Notes: generated by a model not told the origin, from the sequence alone. 64,000 nt of DNA from Dehalococcoidia bacterium (GCA_965197405.1 OZ240206.1:1608085-1672084), one strand, 5' to 3'; counted from the stretch's first letter, positions 16,556 through 27,326 are shown. Numbers and translations: made by a program.

Positions 16556-17122
16556 CTATGGAGCGCCGGAGTTCAACCCCAGGTCTGCCGCCACGGGCTT
16601 CAGGCTCTCGATAATGAAGGTTATGTGCTCGTCCAGGTCCAACCCCAACTCCTCGGCCCCTTTGACGATGTCGTCACGGTTGACGTCCTTGGCAAAGGCC
16701 TTGTCCTTCATCTTCTTGACCACGGACCTGGGGGTTACGTCGTCCAGGCTTTTGCTGGGCCTCACCAGGGTGACTGCCCTTATGAATCCCGAAAGCTCGT
16801 CCACCGCGAATACGGTACGCTCCATCAGGGTCTCTCGCTGGATGCCCGTGTGGTCGCCATGGGTGAGAACGGCCCGGACGATGGACTCCGGGTAGCCCCG
16901 CTCTCTCAATATGTTTGCGCCGTACATGGGGTGCTCCTCCGGGGTGGGGACGGTCTCCCAGTCGAAGTCGTGGAGCAGCCCGGCGATGCCCCACACCTCC
17001 TCGTCCTCCCCGTACTTGCGGGCGTAGGCCCGCATGGCCGCCTCCACCGCCAGGAGGTGCTTCATAAGGGTATCCGTCTTGACGAACTCCTGGAGAATCT
17101 CCAGGGTGCTCTCTCTATCCAT
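16556..17122 (-). CDS. HD/HDIG-domain metal-dependent phosphohydrolase
   Basis: ORF trimmed to ATG 17122 (MDRESTLEIL), overlapping the trmI stop by 8 nt; LLHDFDWE and LTHGDH metal motifs. Confidence 0.75.
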   Translation of the reverse strand: MDRESTLEILQEFVKTDTLMKHLLAVEAAMRAYARKYGEDEEVWGIAGLLHDFDWETVPTPEEHPMYGANILRERGYPESIVRAVLTHGDHTGIQRETLMERTVFAVDELSGFIRAVTLVRPSKSLDDVTPRSVVKKMKDKAFAKDVNRDDIVKGAEELGLDLDEHITFIIESLKPVAADLGLNSGAP

Positions 17123-17966
17123 CCCGTTCCTCCTTTTCCGGCTCCTCGCGGTCTTCTTCAGCACCGGCTTCCGGGGCCGGTCCGCCCTTGGGCATACACC
17201 TCCGGGCCGTGGTAATAAAGCCTGTGTGGGCCACCATCCGGTGGGCGGGCCTTACGCTGCGGTGGGTCACGCTCCAGGGCCGCAGCAGCACCTCCACCGT
17301 CTCGATTAGCTGAAAGCGTGGGTCGGAGGAGAGGGCCTGCGCCATCTGGTGGACCTGGAGCACGGTGGGCAGGAAGCTGAGGAGGATGCCCCCCATGCTG
17401 AGGGCCTGGGCCGCCGAGGGGACGACGTGCCAAGGCTCCGGCACGTCCAGGACTATCCTGTCCACCTCTCTTTCCTCGATGCCCCGGTATACGTCGCCCA
17501 TGACGAGGATGTGATTGGAGGGGTTGGCTGCGAGGATGCGTATGTTGCGCATGGCTGTCTTCACCATGTCCGCCCGTACCTCGTAGGTTGTGACCCTGCC
17601 CGACTCGCCCACGGCCCTCAGCAGCGCGGCCGTCAGCGCCCCGGAGCCCAGCCCCGACTCCACTACAGTAGCGCCGGGGAAGATGTCGGCGAGTATGAGT
17701 ATGTTGCCCAGGTCTTTGGGGTAAATCACCTGGGCACCTCGGGGCATCTCCAGCACGTAGTCGCCCAGCGTAGGCTTGACGGCCAAGAGGCTCTGGCCGC
17801 GGCTGGTGCGGAACCATCCCCCCTGTTCCTGCCCGATTATCTCCTTGTGGGGCAGGGTGCCGACATGGGTGTGAAAGGAGGCCCCTGCGTCGAGCGTGAG
17901 GAGGTATCTGCGCCCCTTGCGGTCTATGAGGAGTGCCAGGTCGCCTTCCTGAAATTCTTTGCCCAT
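17115..17966 (-). CDS. trmI: tRNA (adenine-N1)-methyltransferase TrmI/Gcd14 type
   Basis: YPKDLGNILILADIFPGATVVESGLGSGALTAALL SAM motif, VLDVPEPW, acidic C-terminal tail. Confidence 0.85.
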   Translation of the reverse strand: MGKEFQEGDLALLIDRKGRRYLLTLDAGASFHTHVGTLPHKEIIGQEQGGWFRTSRGQSLLAVKPTLGDYVLEMPRGAQVIYPKDLGNILILADIFPGATVVESGLGSGALTAALLRAVGESGRVTTYEVRADMVKTAMRNIRILAANPSNHILVMGDVYRGIEEREVDRIVLDVPEPWHVVPSAAQALSMGGILLSFLPTVLQVHQMAQALSSDPRFQLIETVEVLLRPWSVTHRSVRPAHRMVAHTGFITTARRCMPKGGPAPEAGAEEDREEPEKEERDG

Positions 17967-18078
17967 AGTATCTCAGATGACCGGAGTAAGAATTGGCCCC
18001 TGTACCATATATCAGGCAGGCCCGCCGCATCGGGTATACCCTCCTTCGGCAGGCCTGGGGTGGGTCACGGGTATTCGC

Positions 18079-18543
18079 CTAGCCCAGCTTCTCCACCTCG
18101 GTCAGGATGTCCAGCGGGTTGGGGATGTTGGGCGCTGTGTACTCGTGCCTGTACCGTATGACTCCATCCTTGTCAACGATAACCACGGCGCGGTTGGGTG
18201 CCCCGCGCTCCTCGTTCCAAAGGTCGTAGGACTTGGTCATCTGCCCGTGGGGGTGGAAATCGGACAACAGTGGGTAGGGTATGACACCCAGGCTGGTGGA
18301 ATATGCCCGGTGGGAGAATTGACTGTCACAGCTTATGCCCAGTACCTGGGCACCCTTCTCCTCGAACCGGCCGTTGTGCTGCCGGAACAAGGAGACCTGG
18401 TTGGTTCAACCACCGGTGAAATCGAAGATGTGAAAGGACAGGACCACATATTTCTGCCCCTTGTACTGGCTCAAGCTGACCCGCTCGCCATCCTGAGAGA
18501 GAAGGCTAAAGTCGGGAGCAGCCTGTCCTACTTCTGCCGCCAT
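18079..18543 (-). CDS. Peroxiredoxin (AhpC/TSA-BCP type) with in-frame TGA at the peroxidatic position: candidate selenocysteine peroxiredoxin
   Basis: ATG 18543 behind AAGGAGG; MAAEVGQAAPDFSLLSQDGERVSLSQYKGQKYVVLSFHIFDFTGG-TGA(18408-18406)-TNQVSLFRQ... continues into ORF 18079-18390. The TGA aligns with Cys45 of the neighbouring paralogue (FTGVCTTE). Confidence 0.7.
18358..18394 (-). promoter_or_regulatory. Candidate bacterial SECIS hairpin for the peroxiredoxin UGA
   Basis: Starts 11 nt 3' of UGA: CUCCU-UGUU-CCGGC-[AGCACAACG]-GCCGG-UUCG-AGGAG. Two 5-bp helices around an internal loop; G at apical-loop position 2. Confidence 0.45.
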
Positions 18544-18637
18544 CGTTGCTCCTCCTTATACATAATACATAGGACCTGTAGTCTCGGAAAAATCCTGTTT
18601 CTCAAAGGCATTCACAGATAGCCGGACTGCACCGGGT

Positions 18638-19114
18638 CTACCCCGCCAACTGGCTGAGGGACTGCCTGATTTCGGCGTAGTCAGGCTCGTTGACCGGGCT
18701 TGGGGCCACCCATTTGTAGCGCACCACGCCGTCTTTGTCCACCACAAACACGGCCCGGTTCGCGGCCACATACCCTTCCATTCCCGCCAGGTCGGAGAGG
18801 GCGACGTCGTACTGGTTCACCACCTGTCTGTTGTAGTCGCTCAGAATTGGGAAGTTCAGATTGTTCTGGTCAACCCACGCCTTCTGAGAGAAGGGCGGGT
18901 CTACACTGATGCCCAGGACCTGGGCGTTGAGGGAGTTGAACTGGGATTCCTGGTCCCTCAGAGTGCACATCTCAGTGGTGCAAACGCCGGTAAAGGCCCC
19001 CGGGAAGAAAGCTAGGACCACGTTCTTCCCCTTGAACTCGCTCAGAGCACGCTGTTGCCGGTCATGGTCGTACAGGGTGAAGTCGGGAGCTGGCTGACCT
19101 ACTTCTCCCGCCAT
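18638..19114 (-). CDS. Peroxiredoxin (AhpC/TSA-BCP type), Cys form
   Basis: 158-aa ORF; APDFTL...VVLAFFPGAFTGVCTTEMC active site. Confidence 0.85.
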   Translation of the reverse strand: MAGEVGQPAPDFTLYDHDRQQRALSEFKGKNVVLAFFPGAFTGVCTTEMCTLRDQESQFNSLNAQVLGISVDPPFSQKAWVDQNNLNFPILSDYNRQVVNQYDVALSDLAGMEGYVAANRAVFVVDKDGVVRYKWVAPSPVNEPDYAEIRQSLSQLAG

Positions 19115-19237
19115 CGTTACACCTCCTTATCCGTCTTATCCGAATCTATGACCTCTACACGCCCCGGCGATGTGGAGCGGGGCAGCTATCATTATAACCC
19201 ATTTGAAGAGGCGCTTCTACTGCTGCGCTTTCAGTCC

Positions 19238-19395
19238 CAGGGTCTTTCAATTGTCACCCCGAGCGGAGCGAGGGGTCTAAAGTCCTTGCTTTCTTAGGCG
19301 TGCTGCTATCCGAGCATTTTTAGATTCCTCGCTGCGCTCGGAATGACACGCGGCGGGGGCCTGTATTTACCTGGCGTGAGAGTTGAAAGACCCTG
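19238..19395. repeat. MITE family A copy (full length) with 10-bp target duplication
   Basis: CAGGGTCTTTCAATTGTCACC ... GAGAGTTGAAAGACCCTG; flanks CTTTCAGTCC (19228-19237) and CTTTCAATCC (19396-19405). Confidence 0.8.
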
Positions 19396-19428
19396 CTTTC
19401 AATCCCAGGGCCTTTCCATTCTCGACGC

Positions 19429-20218
19429 TCAGACCTTTGCCAAGCACTACAATCGCTGCCGGCAGTTGGACGCACCGGAGTCGTTGCTGCCCCGCAAGCG
19501 AGGCCCCCGGTGGAAGAGTCGTCGCACCCTGCCCTACATAGAGCAGAAGGTGTTGGAGCAGAGACGCAAGGGTATCAATCGCTATGAAATTTATGCCATA
19601 CTTCAGCCAGTCCTTAAAGACCATACTCCCTTGCCTTTCACCATCTATGCCATCACCAAGAGGCACGGACTGAATCGTCTAACACCACCCATGCAACATT
19701 CTAAACGAAAGATAATCAAGAGCCGGTCTGGGGAACCGGGACATCTGGACCGCCACTACCTGAGCCGGGACCTGATAGTGGGTGCCCGGAAGCGGTATTA
19801 CCTGGTGTCCGTGCTGGACGCCTGTACCCGCATAGCCTGGGCAGAGGTGGTGCCTGATCTCAAGAGCATCAACCTGCTGAATGCAGAGTACGGGATACGC
19901 TTCGAAACCATCCTCACGGACAACGGGAAAGAGGTGGCTTTACGAGGTAATGTGTCCCGACATCCCTTTGAGAGGATGCTCAGTGAGCTTGGCATCAAGC
20001 ATCGGTACACCAGACCCTACCGACCCCAGACCAACGGAAAGGTGGAACGGTTCTGGAGAACTCTGGATGAAGACCTGATAGAGGGGACCACCTTTGATTC
20101 CCTTGAGGAGCTGAGGGAGGAGTTAATGCAATGCCTCTACTACAACACTCAAAGGCCCCACCAGGGTCTTAACGGCAAGACTCCCCTCCAAGCCCTGCAA
20201 CTTTTGTCAATGAATTAG
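19429..20218 (+). mobile_element. IS481-family transposase (rve/DDE) remnant, N-terminally truncated and internally shortened
   Basis: ILTDNGKE...YRPQTNGKVERFWRTLDEDL...YNTQRPHQGLNGKTP core motifs. No HTH N-terminus and no IRs of its own. The ORF's first about 25 codons are translated MITE sequence. Confidence 0.65.
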
Positions 20219-20230
20219 CTAACACTTACA

Positions 20231-20323
20231 ATTTCGAACGCAGCGAAGCGGAGTGAGGAATCCCGGATGCGGGCCTATTGGAGAGAATGGATTTTTAGAT
20301 TCCTCGCTGCGCTCGGAATGACA
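20231..20323. repeat. MITE family A internal fragment
   Basis: ATTTCGAACGCAGCGAAGCGGAGTGAGGAATC... and TTTTTAGATTCCTCGCTGCGCTCGGAATGACA match the long A variants at 50782 and 54667. Confidence 0.55.
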
Positions 20324-20347
20324 TCAGAGGGGGTGTAAGCTATTTTG

Positions 20348-21103
20348 ATGGCGATGCCGGATAGACAAGACACTATACAGGCCCAGAGTCCCACCGGAGT
20401 CTGCTCCAGGACTGAGCGTGGGACTCCGCTTCTTGAAATCTACCGCCGCCTGTATGCACACTACGGGCCGCAGCACTGGTGGCCCGGAGAAAGCCCTCTG
20501 GAAATGGTCCTTGGCGCTATCCTGACCCAGGGCACCGCATGGACCAACGTGGAAAAGGCCCTGGCAAACCTCAAGAGGGCCGATTTGCTATCAGTGCAGG
20601 CCCTCAGAGACGTTGCCGAATCCGACCTGGCCGCTATGCTGAGGCCGTCAGGCTACTTCAACGCCAAGGCCAGGAAGGTGAAGGCCTTCATCAACCACCT
20701 GTGGGACAGCTACGACGGCAACCTGGAGACGTTTCTGTGCGAAGAGACCGAGTGGCTTAGGGAGGAGTTGCTCTCGATATACGGCATAGGAGAGGAGACC
20801 GCGGACGATATACTCCTGTATGCCGCCGGAAAGCCGTCCTTCGTTATAGACACCTACACTCGCCGCATCCTGGAGCGCCTGGCAGTGGAGCCGCCGGACG
20901 GCAAGAGCTACCAGGCCTACCAGAGACTATTCCACGGGGGCCTGGCCCGGGATGTATCCCTCTATAACGAATACCACGCACTCCTGGATAGACACGGTAA
21001 GGAGACCTGCAAAAAGGAGCCTCTTTGTGGCGGTTGCTGTCTGCTGGAGCTATGTCCGAGCGGAAAAGTCTGTGTTGACACGCCCAACACACGGCCCCTA
21101 TAA
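20348..21103 (+). CDS. Endonuclease III-related HhH-GPD base-excision DNA repair protein
   Basis: WWPGESPLEMVLGAILTQGTAWTNVEKA, HhH IYGIGEETADDILLYA, C-terminal Cys cluster CKKEPLCGGCCLLELC. Confidence 0.75.
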   Translation: MAMPDRQDTIQAQSPTGVCSRTERGTPLLEIYRRLYAHYGPQHWWPGESPLEMVLGAILTQGTAWTNVEKALANLKRADLLSVQALRDVAESDLAAMLRPSGYFNAKARKVKAFINHLWDSYDGNLETFLCEETEWLREELLSIYGIGEETADDILLYAAGKPSFVIDTYTRRILERLAVEPPDGKSYQAYQRLFHGGLARDVSLYNEYHALLDRHGKETCKKEPLCGGCCLLELCPSGKVCVDTPNTRPL

Positions 21104-21104
21104 T
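21075..21104 (+). promoter_or_regulatory. Sigma-70-type promoter candidate for the thiC leader
   Basis: TTGACA (21075-21080), 18-nt spacer, TATAAT (21099-21104), about 30 nt ahead of the riboswitch. Confidence 0.5.
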
Positions 21105-21130
21105 TACAGGCGTACAGCTAAATACGCTAG

Positions 21131-21235
21131 GCCCGTGGGGGAGCTTGGTTGAGTCAGGCTGAGAGGGCGACCGTTTAATGTCGCCGACCCTTGCGAACCT
21201 GATCTGGGTAATGCCAGCGGAGGGAATGTGGTCCC
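21131..21235 (+). promoter_or_regulatory. TPP (THI-box) riboswitch aptamer
   Basis: GGGGAGC...GCUGAGA...ACCCUUGCGAACCUGAUCUGGGUAAUGCCAGCGGAGGGAA matches the conserved THI-box core; directly upstream of thiC. Confidence 0.9.
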
Positions 21236-21253
21236 AAATGGTAGGAGAAGTCT

Positions 21254-21287
21254 AAGCCGCCAACCCTATGGGGGCGGCTTCTTTTTG
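21254..21287 (+). terminator. Intrinsic terminator (riboswitch expression platform)
   Basis: AAGCCGCC-[aaccctatgg]-GGCGGCTT followed by CTTTTTG. Confidence 0.65.
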
Positions 21288-21381
21288 CCTTTCCTTCGGT
21301 AACTGTCAGGCGGCAACTGTCAAGCGGCGATTATCACGGGGCAGGAACGGGCATAGCCAGCAAGCCAACACGAGGAGGTGA

Positions 21382-23181
<1,800 letters not shown>

Positions 23182-23401
23182 CATTCCCATCCGGCGCCGC
23201 GCGGGGCCTATGGCAGACCGCATGGCGGGGCGCAGAGCAGGGCATAGGAGCTTGCCTTGACGGTAAGCAGTGCCGCACTTGAGAAGGAGCCTCCGATTGA
23301 GACAGCTTCTCGACGGGACTCCCGGTGTGCCGGAAGGCGCTCTCAGGAATCGGACCCTTTCGTGCACGGCTGAGGAGATTATCCGGTTATCTCGAGAGCT
23401 T

Positions 23402-24301
23402 ATGCGGGTGGACAAACCCGTTTCTCGCCAGGACATAGCCGGTCGGCTTGTCTTGGGAGATATTTTTGAAGTGGCAAAGTATTTCCCTCCTGCATTTGCG
23501 GACCTTCTTATCCTGGACCCTCCATATAATCTGTCTAAGGATTATCATGGTAACTCTTTCAAGAGGAGGGGCAAGGACGAGTATCGTTCTTGGTTTCAAG
23601 GAACTATAGACTTGCTGGACCCGATGATGAAGCCCGACGCGACGGTATACGTATGTGCAGATTGGAAAACGTCGGCGCTGGTCCTACCAGTACTGGAGTC
23701 GAAGTTTCACGTCCGAAATAGGATTACTTGGGAACGTGAAAAAGGACGCGGGTCAAAGACGAACTGGAAAAACAACACCGAAGACATTTGGTTTTGCACT
23801 AAATCGGACCGGTACTATTTTGACGCTGAGGCGGTGAAGCTGAAACGCAAGGTGCGAGCACCTTACCGGTCCGGGGGAGAGGCTAAGGACTGGACACAAG
23901 AAGAGGACGGTAAGCATCGCCTGACGCACGCATCCAACATCTGGACCGATATAACGGTCCCATTCTGGTCAATGCTGGAAAATACGGGTCATCCCACCCA
24001 GAAACCCGAGAAATTGCTGGCAAAACTGATTCTCGCAAGCTCAAGGCAAGGAGATTTCGTACTTGACCCATTCCTTGGAAGCGGGACCACTGCGGTCGTA
24101 GCAGAAAAGCTGCTACGGTGCTGGTCCGGAGTAGAAATCAACGCGGAATACCTGTGCTGGACGCTCAAGCGCCTTACTGCGGCAAGAAACGACTTGACAA
24201 TTCAGGGGTATGCGAACGGCGTGTTTTGGGAAAGGAACTCATCCCCCAATCAACACCCGAAGTCTGACTCCAATCGGCGTCAGGCGCCGCTATTCTCATG
24301 A
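23402..24301 (+). CDS. Beta-class DNA methyltransferase (N6-adenine or N4-cytosine)
   Basis: Motif IV LILDPPYNL precedes HPTQKPEKLL and motif I DPFLGSGTTAVVA. Start uncertain (ATG 23402; upstream TTG 23297 has an AAGGAG SD). Sequence visibly AT-richer than its flanks. Confidence 0.8.
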   Translation: MRVDKPVSRQDIAGRLVLGDIFEVAKYFPPAFADLLILDPPYNLSKDYHGNSFKRRGKDEYRSWFQGTIDLLDPMMKPDATVYVCADWKTSALVLPVLESKFHVRNRITWEREKGRGSKTNWKNNTEDIWFCTKSDRYYFDAEAVKLKRKVRAPYRSGGEAKDWTQEEDGKHRLTHASNIWTDITVPFWSMLENTGHPTQKPEKLLAKLILASSRQGDFVLDPFLGSGTTAVVAEKLLRCWSGVEINAEYLCWTLKRLTAARNDLTIQGYANGVFWERNSSPNQHPKSDSNRRQAPLFS

Positions 24302-24966
24302 AGTCAAGCTTCTACTACAACGGAAATCACCTCCAGGTAGCCGCGAATATAAGAGATTACATCAATTCCTCACAGGACTTCCTTTCACCACTGACGGCAC
24401 AGAGTACAAGAGCGGTTGGCGACGCGCTCCAATCGCTTCTTTCGGAGAAGTTCGACGCCTTTCTCGGGGATTGGGCCAGAGAGTATTCGAGCGACTTTTC
24501 ACGCCGCGCGATGGCAGATTTGGCGTTCACGGACAAGGAGGGCGTTTACTCTGTGGTAGACGTCAAGACCCACAGGGAAGATACCAAATTCAATATGCCC
24601 AACCTCACGTCGGTCGAACGGTTGGCTCGGTTCTACGAATCTGATACCAACGTCTTTTCGCTCATACTGATGAAATACTCGGTTGAAGGCACGAGGGTCG
24701 CGGTGTCGGAGGTCATATTCTCTCCGATTGAATTCCTAGACTGGGAATGCCTCACCGTTGGCGCGTTGGGTTGGGGCCAAATCCAGATTGCGAACTCAAA
24801 CGACATCCGCGTGATAGACCAGTACTCGAGAAAGAAGTGGATGTTACAGCTATGTGACGTGATGAACGAATTCTATCCAAGAGAGATTGGCAAAATCCGG
24901 GAGAGAATTGACCGATTCAGGACCGTAAGGGAGCACTGGGAGTCGAAGGAAGACATTTGGGCCTGA
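24298..24966 (+). CDS. Candidate type II restriction endonuclease (PD-(D/E)xK)
   Basis: ATG overlaps the methyltransferase TGA (ATGA). 222 aa with ADLAFTD...VVDVKTH, a D...(D/E)xK arrangement. AT-rich like the MTase. No family recognised. Confidence 0.55.
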   Translation: MKSSFYYNGNHLQVAANIRDYINSSQDFLSPLTAQSTRAVGDALQSLLSEKFDAFLGDWAREYSSDFSRRAMADLAFTDKEGVYSVVDVKTHREDTKFNMPNLTSVERLARFYESDTNVFSLILMKYSVEGTRVAVSEVIFSPIEFLDWECLTVGALGWGQIQIANSNDIRVIDQYSRKKWMLQLCDVMNEFYPREIGKIRERIDRFRTVREHWESKEDIWA

Positions 24967-25062
24967 CGCTCGCCCAAGGGGTCGCGATTCAGATGTTGCC
25001 TCGTCCGCATTAAGAGTACGCATTCCGGGGGATGGCCCCCAGACAAGAGAAATGGGAGAAAA

Positions 25063-25857
25063 ATGGCCGGAGCAAGTCCCAGGGCCATGACTATAGCGGG
25101 TTCCGACTCCGGCGGCGGGGCCGGAATCCAGGCGGACCTCAAGACCTTTGCCGCCCTGGGAGTCTACGGCACTTCGGCGCTCACGGCCATAACTGCCCAG
25201 AACACCGTGGGCGTCACCGGCATCCACGAGATTCCCATTGAGATGGTAGCCGCCCAGATCGAGGCGGTGATTTCCGACATCGGGACCGATGCAGTGAAGA
25301 CGGGTATGCTCTCCAGCAGCGACATCGTAGAGACGGTGTCCAGAGAGCTGGCCCACTTCCGGGTGGACCGCTTGGTCGTTGACCCTGTGATTGTGGCCAA
25401 AAGCGGTGACAGGCTGCTCAGGGAGGAAGCGCTGGACGCCCTGCGGCGCAGCCTTCTGCCCTTGGCCACGGTAGTCACCCCCAACATACCGGAGGCCGAG
25501 GCCCTGACGGGCATGAAGATCGAGTCGGGAGACGACGTCCGGCGCGCCGCGGAGAAGATAGTCGGGATGAGGGCGAAAGCGGTGGTGGTCAAGGGCGGGC
25601 ATCTGCCGGGGCTGCCGGTGGACCTGTTCTACGATGGCCGGGAGTTCCGGGAGTTCAGCGCACCCCGAATCGAGACCAGGAACACCCACGGCACCGGCTG
25701 TACCTTCGCCTCCGCCATAGCTGCGGGGTTGGCAAAGGGAATGGAGGTGGTGGACGCGGTGGCGGGTGCGAAGGAGTATGTGACCGGGGCTATAAGGCGT
25801 TCCCTCAACCTGGGTGAGGGCCACGGCCCCCTGAACCACTTCTACAGGACGTGGTAG
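25063..25857 (+). CDS. thiD: Hydroxymethylpyrimidine/phosphomethylpyrimidine kinase
   Basis: [49 protein letters not shown]. Confidence 0.9.
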   Translation: MAGASPRAMTIAGSDSGGGAGIQADLKTFAALGVYGTSALTAITAQNTVGVTGIHEIPIEMVAAQIEAVISDIGTDAVKTGMLSSSDIVETVSRELAHFRVDRLVVDPVIVAKSGDRLLREEALDALRRSLLPLATVVTPNIPEAEALTGMKIESGDDVRRAAEKIVGMRAKAVVVKGGHLPGLPVDLFYDGREFREFSAPRIETRNTHGTGCTFASAIAAGLAKGMEVVDAVAGAKEYVTGAIRRSLNLGEGHGPLNHFYRTW

Positions 25858-25872
25858 AGGGGAAAAGAGCTA

Positions 25873-25988
25873 TTACTGATACGTGAGTAAGTAAACATCT
25901 AAACCGGTCTCGCCCGCCATTCCTGCGGAAGCAGGGGAGTGACGTTGGGGAAGCACCATGGTTTAGTTATTTGTTCACGCGTCAATAA
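25873..25988. repeat. Repeat family B copy
   Basis: TTACTGATACGTGAGTAAGTAAACATCTAAACC ... central CCTGCGGAAGCAGGGGAGTGACG hairpin ... GGTTTAGTTATTTGTTCACGCGTCAATAA. Confidence 0.65.
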
Positions 25989-26145
25989 AAGCGGAAGCTC
26001 CGCTCCGCCGCGTCATTCTCCGAGGGCGTCTCTGGGGGAGAGACGAGAGCAAACATTTCCTTGTCCCCGGAGCCGCAAACGGGTAGAATGGGAGCGACCC
26101 ACCTATCCCTGACGGGCAAATCTGATACTGATATGGAGGCACGCG

Positions 26146-27309
26146 ATGAAATTCGGGCTAGCATACGAGATGCAGCGTCCTTTCCTCGATGACCACGCCG
26201 TTGTGGAGGAGACTATCGAGCAGTGCGTCCTGGCCGACGAGATGGGCTGGGACTACGTATGGTTCGTCGAACACCACTTCCTCACGGGCTTCTCCATGTC
26301 CCCCTGCCCGGAGGTCATCTTCGGCGCCCTGAGCAGGATTACCAAGAGAATTAGGCTGGGCTTCGGCGTCGTCATCCTGCCCTATCACCACCCCGTCAGG
26401 GTTGCGGAGAGGGTGGCTATGCTGGACCATCTCTCCAAGGGCAGGGTTGACTTCGGCACGGGGCGGTCTGCCGCCTACGAGCAGACGGGCATGGGCATAG
26501 ACCCGAGGGACACCCGTGATATGTGGGACGAGTCCCTCACCATGATTCCGAAGATATGGGAGTCGGACACCTTCGAGTGGGACGGGCGGTTCTGGAAAGT
26601 CCCGCCGAGAAAGGTCCTGCCCAAGCCCTACCAGCAGCCCCATCCCCCCATCTGGGTGGCCGCCCTCCAACCCTCGACCTACGAGATGGCCGCTAAGAAG
26701 GGCATAGGCGTGATGGCGCTGGGGATAAGCGCGCCCTCAATCCTGGAGCCGCATATCAAGGCGTACAGAGAGAACGTGAAGAAGGCGGACCCCGTGGGCC
26801 AGTACGTCACCAACGAATGGCTCAGCGCGACAATGGGGTATTGCGGCGAGGATGCCCAGTCGGCCAAGGCGCTGTGCGAGCAATCCCTCAAGACCTTCTT
26901 CGGTCCGGACAGGCCCTATCTTCAGGACCAGAAGAACGTTTACGAGACCCTCGTCAAGCAGTGGGGAGGCGTTCCCGACCACCTGAGGCAGAACTTCACG
27001 AGGTATATCGAGAAAGACGAGAAGACGGGCGCGGAGGAAGAGGTCGTTGACCTGTCTGGCGGAGGGTCCCTCGTCCATCGCGCCTGGGCGGAGCTTGACG
27101 CCGATACCCTGGTGGACCGGGGAGTAATGGTAGCAGGGGACCCGGAGAACTGCATCAGGGCCATCAAGCTGCACGAGGAGACCGGCGTTGACCAACTGCA
27201 ATTCCTGATGGCAACGGAGACAATCCCCCACGAAAAGGTGATGAAGTCCATAGAGATGTTCGGGAAGTACGTAATACCGGAGTTCAAGAAGGCGGAAGCC
27301 AGGGTTTAA
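26146..27309 (+). CDS. LLM-class (luciferase-like) flavin-dependent oxidoreductase
   Basis: MKFGLAYEMQ..., WDYVWFVEHHF, LGFGVVILPYHHP, GRVDFGTGRS. Confidence 0.85.
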   Translation: MKFGLAYEMQRPFLDDHAVVEETIEQCVLADEMGWDYVWFVEHHFLTGFSMSPCPEVIFGALSRITKRIRLGFGVVILPYHHPVRVAERVAMLDHLSKGRVDFGTGRSAAYEQTGMGIDPRDTRDMWDESLTMIPKIWESDTFEWDGRFWKVPPRKVLPKPYQQPHPPIWVAALQPSTYEMAAKKGIGVMALGISAPSILEPHIKAYRENVKKADPVGQYVTNEWLSATMGYCGEDAQSAKALCEQSLKTFFGPDRPYLQDQKNVYETLVKQWGGVPDHLRQNFTRYIEKDEKTGAEEEVVDLSGGGSLVHRAWAELDADTLVDRGVMVAGDPENCIRAIKLHEETGVDQLQFLMATETIPHEKVMKSIEMFGKYVIPEFKKAEARV

Positions 27310-27326
27310 GGGGGCGTGTGGAAAGT

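Noticed and set aside
17985-18065. GC hairpin (CAGGCCTGCCG...CGGCGGGCCTG) downstream of the Sec-peroxiredoxin as an intrinsic terminator.
   Set aside because: The loop is long (about 19 nt), the stem has a mismatch, and no T-run follows. That is too weak to call.
18406-18408. Alternative genetic code (UGA = Trp or Gly) as an explanation for the in-frame TGAs.
   Set aside because: TGA terminates well-defined genes here (ridA 4600-4602, the methyltransferase 24299-24301, rpsP 38952-38954). The two in-frame cases both fall on catalytic Cys positions, which fits Sec rather than a code change.
19429-20218. The IS481-family remnant as the autonomous source of MITE family A, since it is flanked by MITE sequence.
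   Set aside because: The flanking sequences are ordinary MITE-A parts interrupted by the fragment, and the fragment has no terminal repeats of its own. The ISAs1 element at 1354-2543 carries the matching termini.
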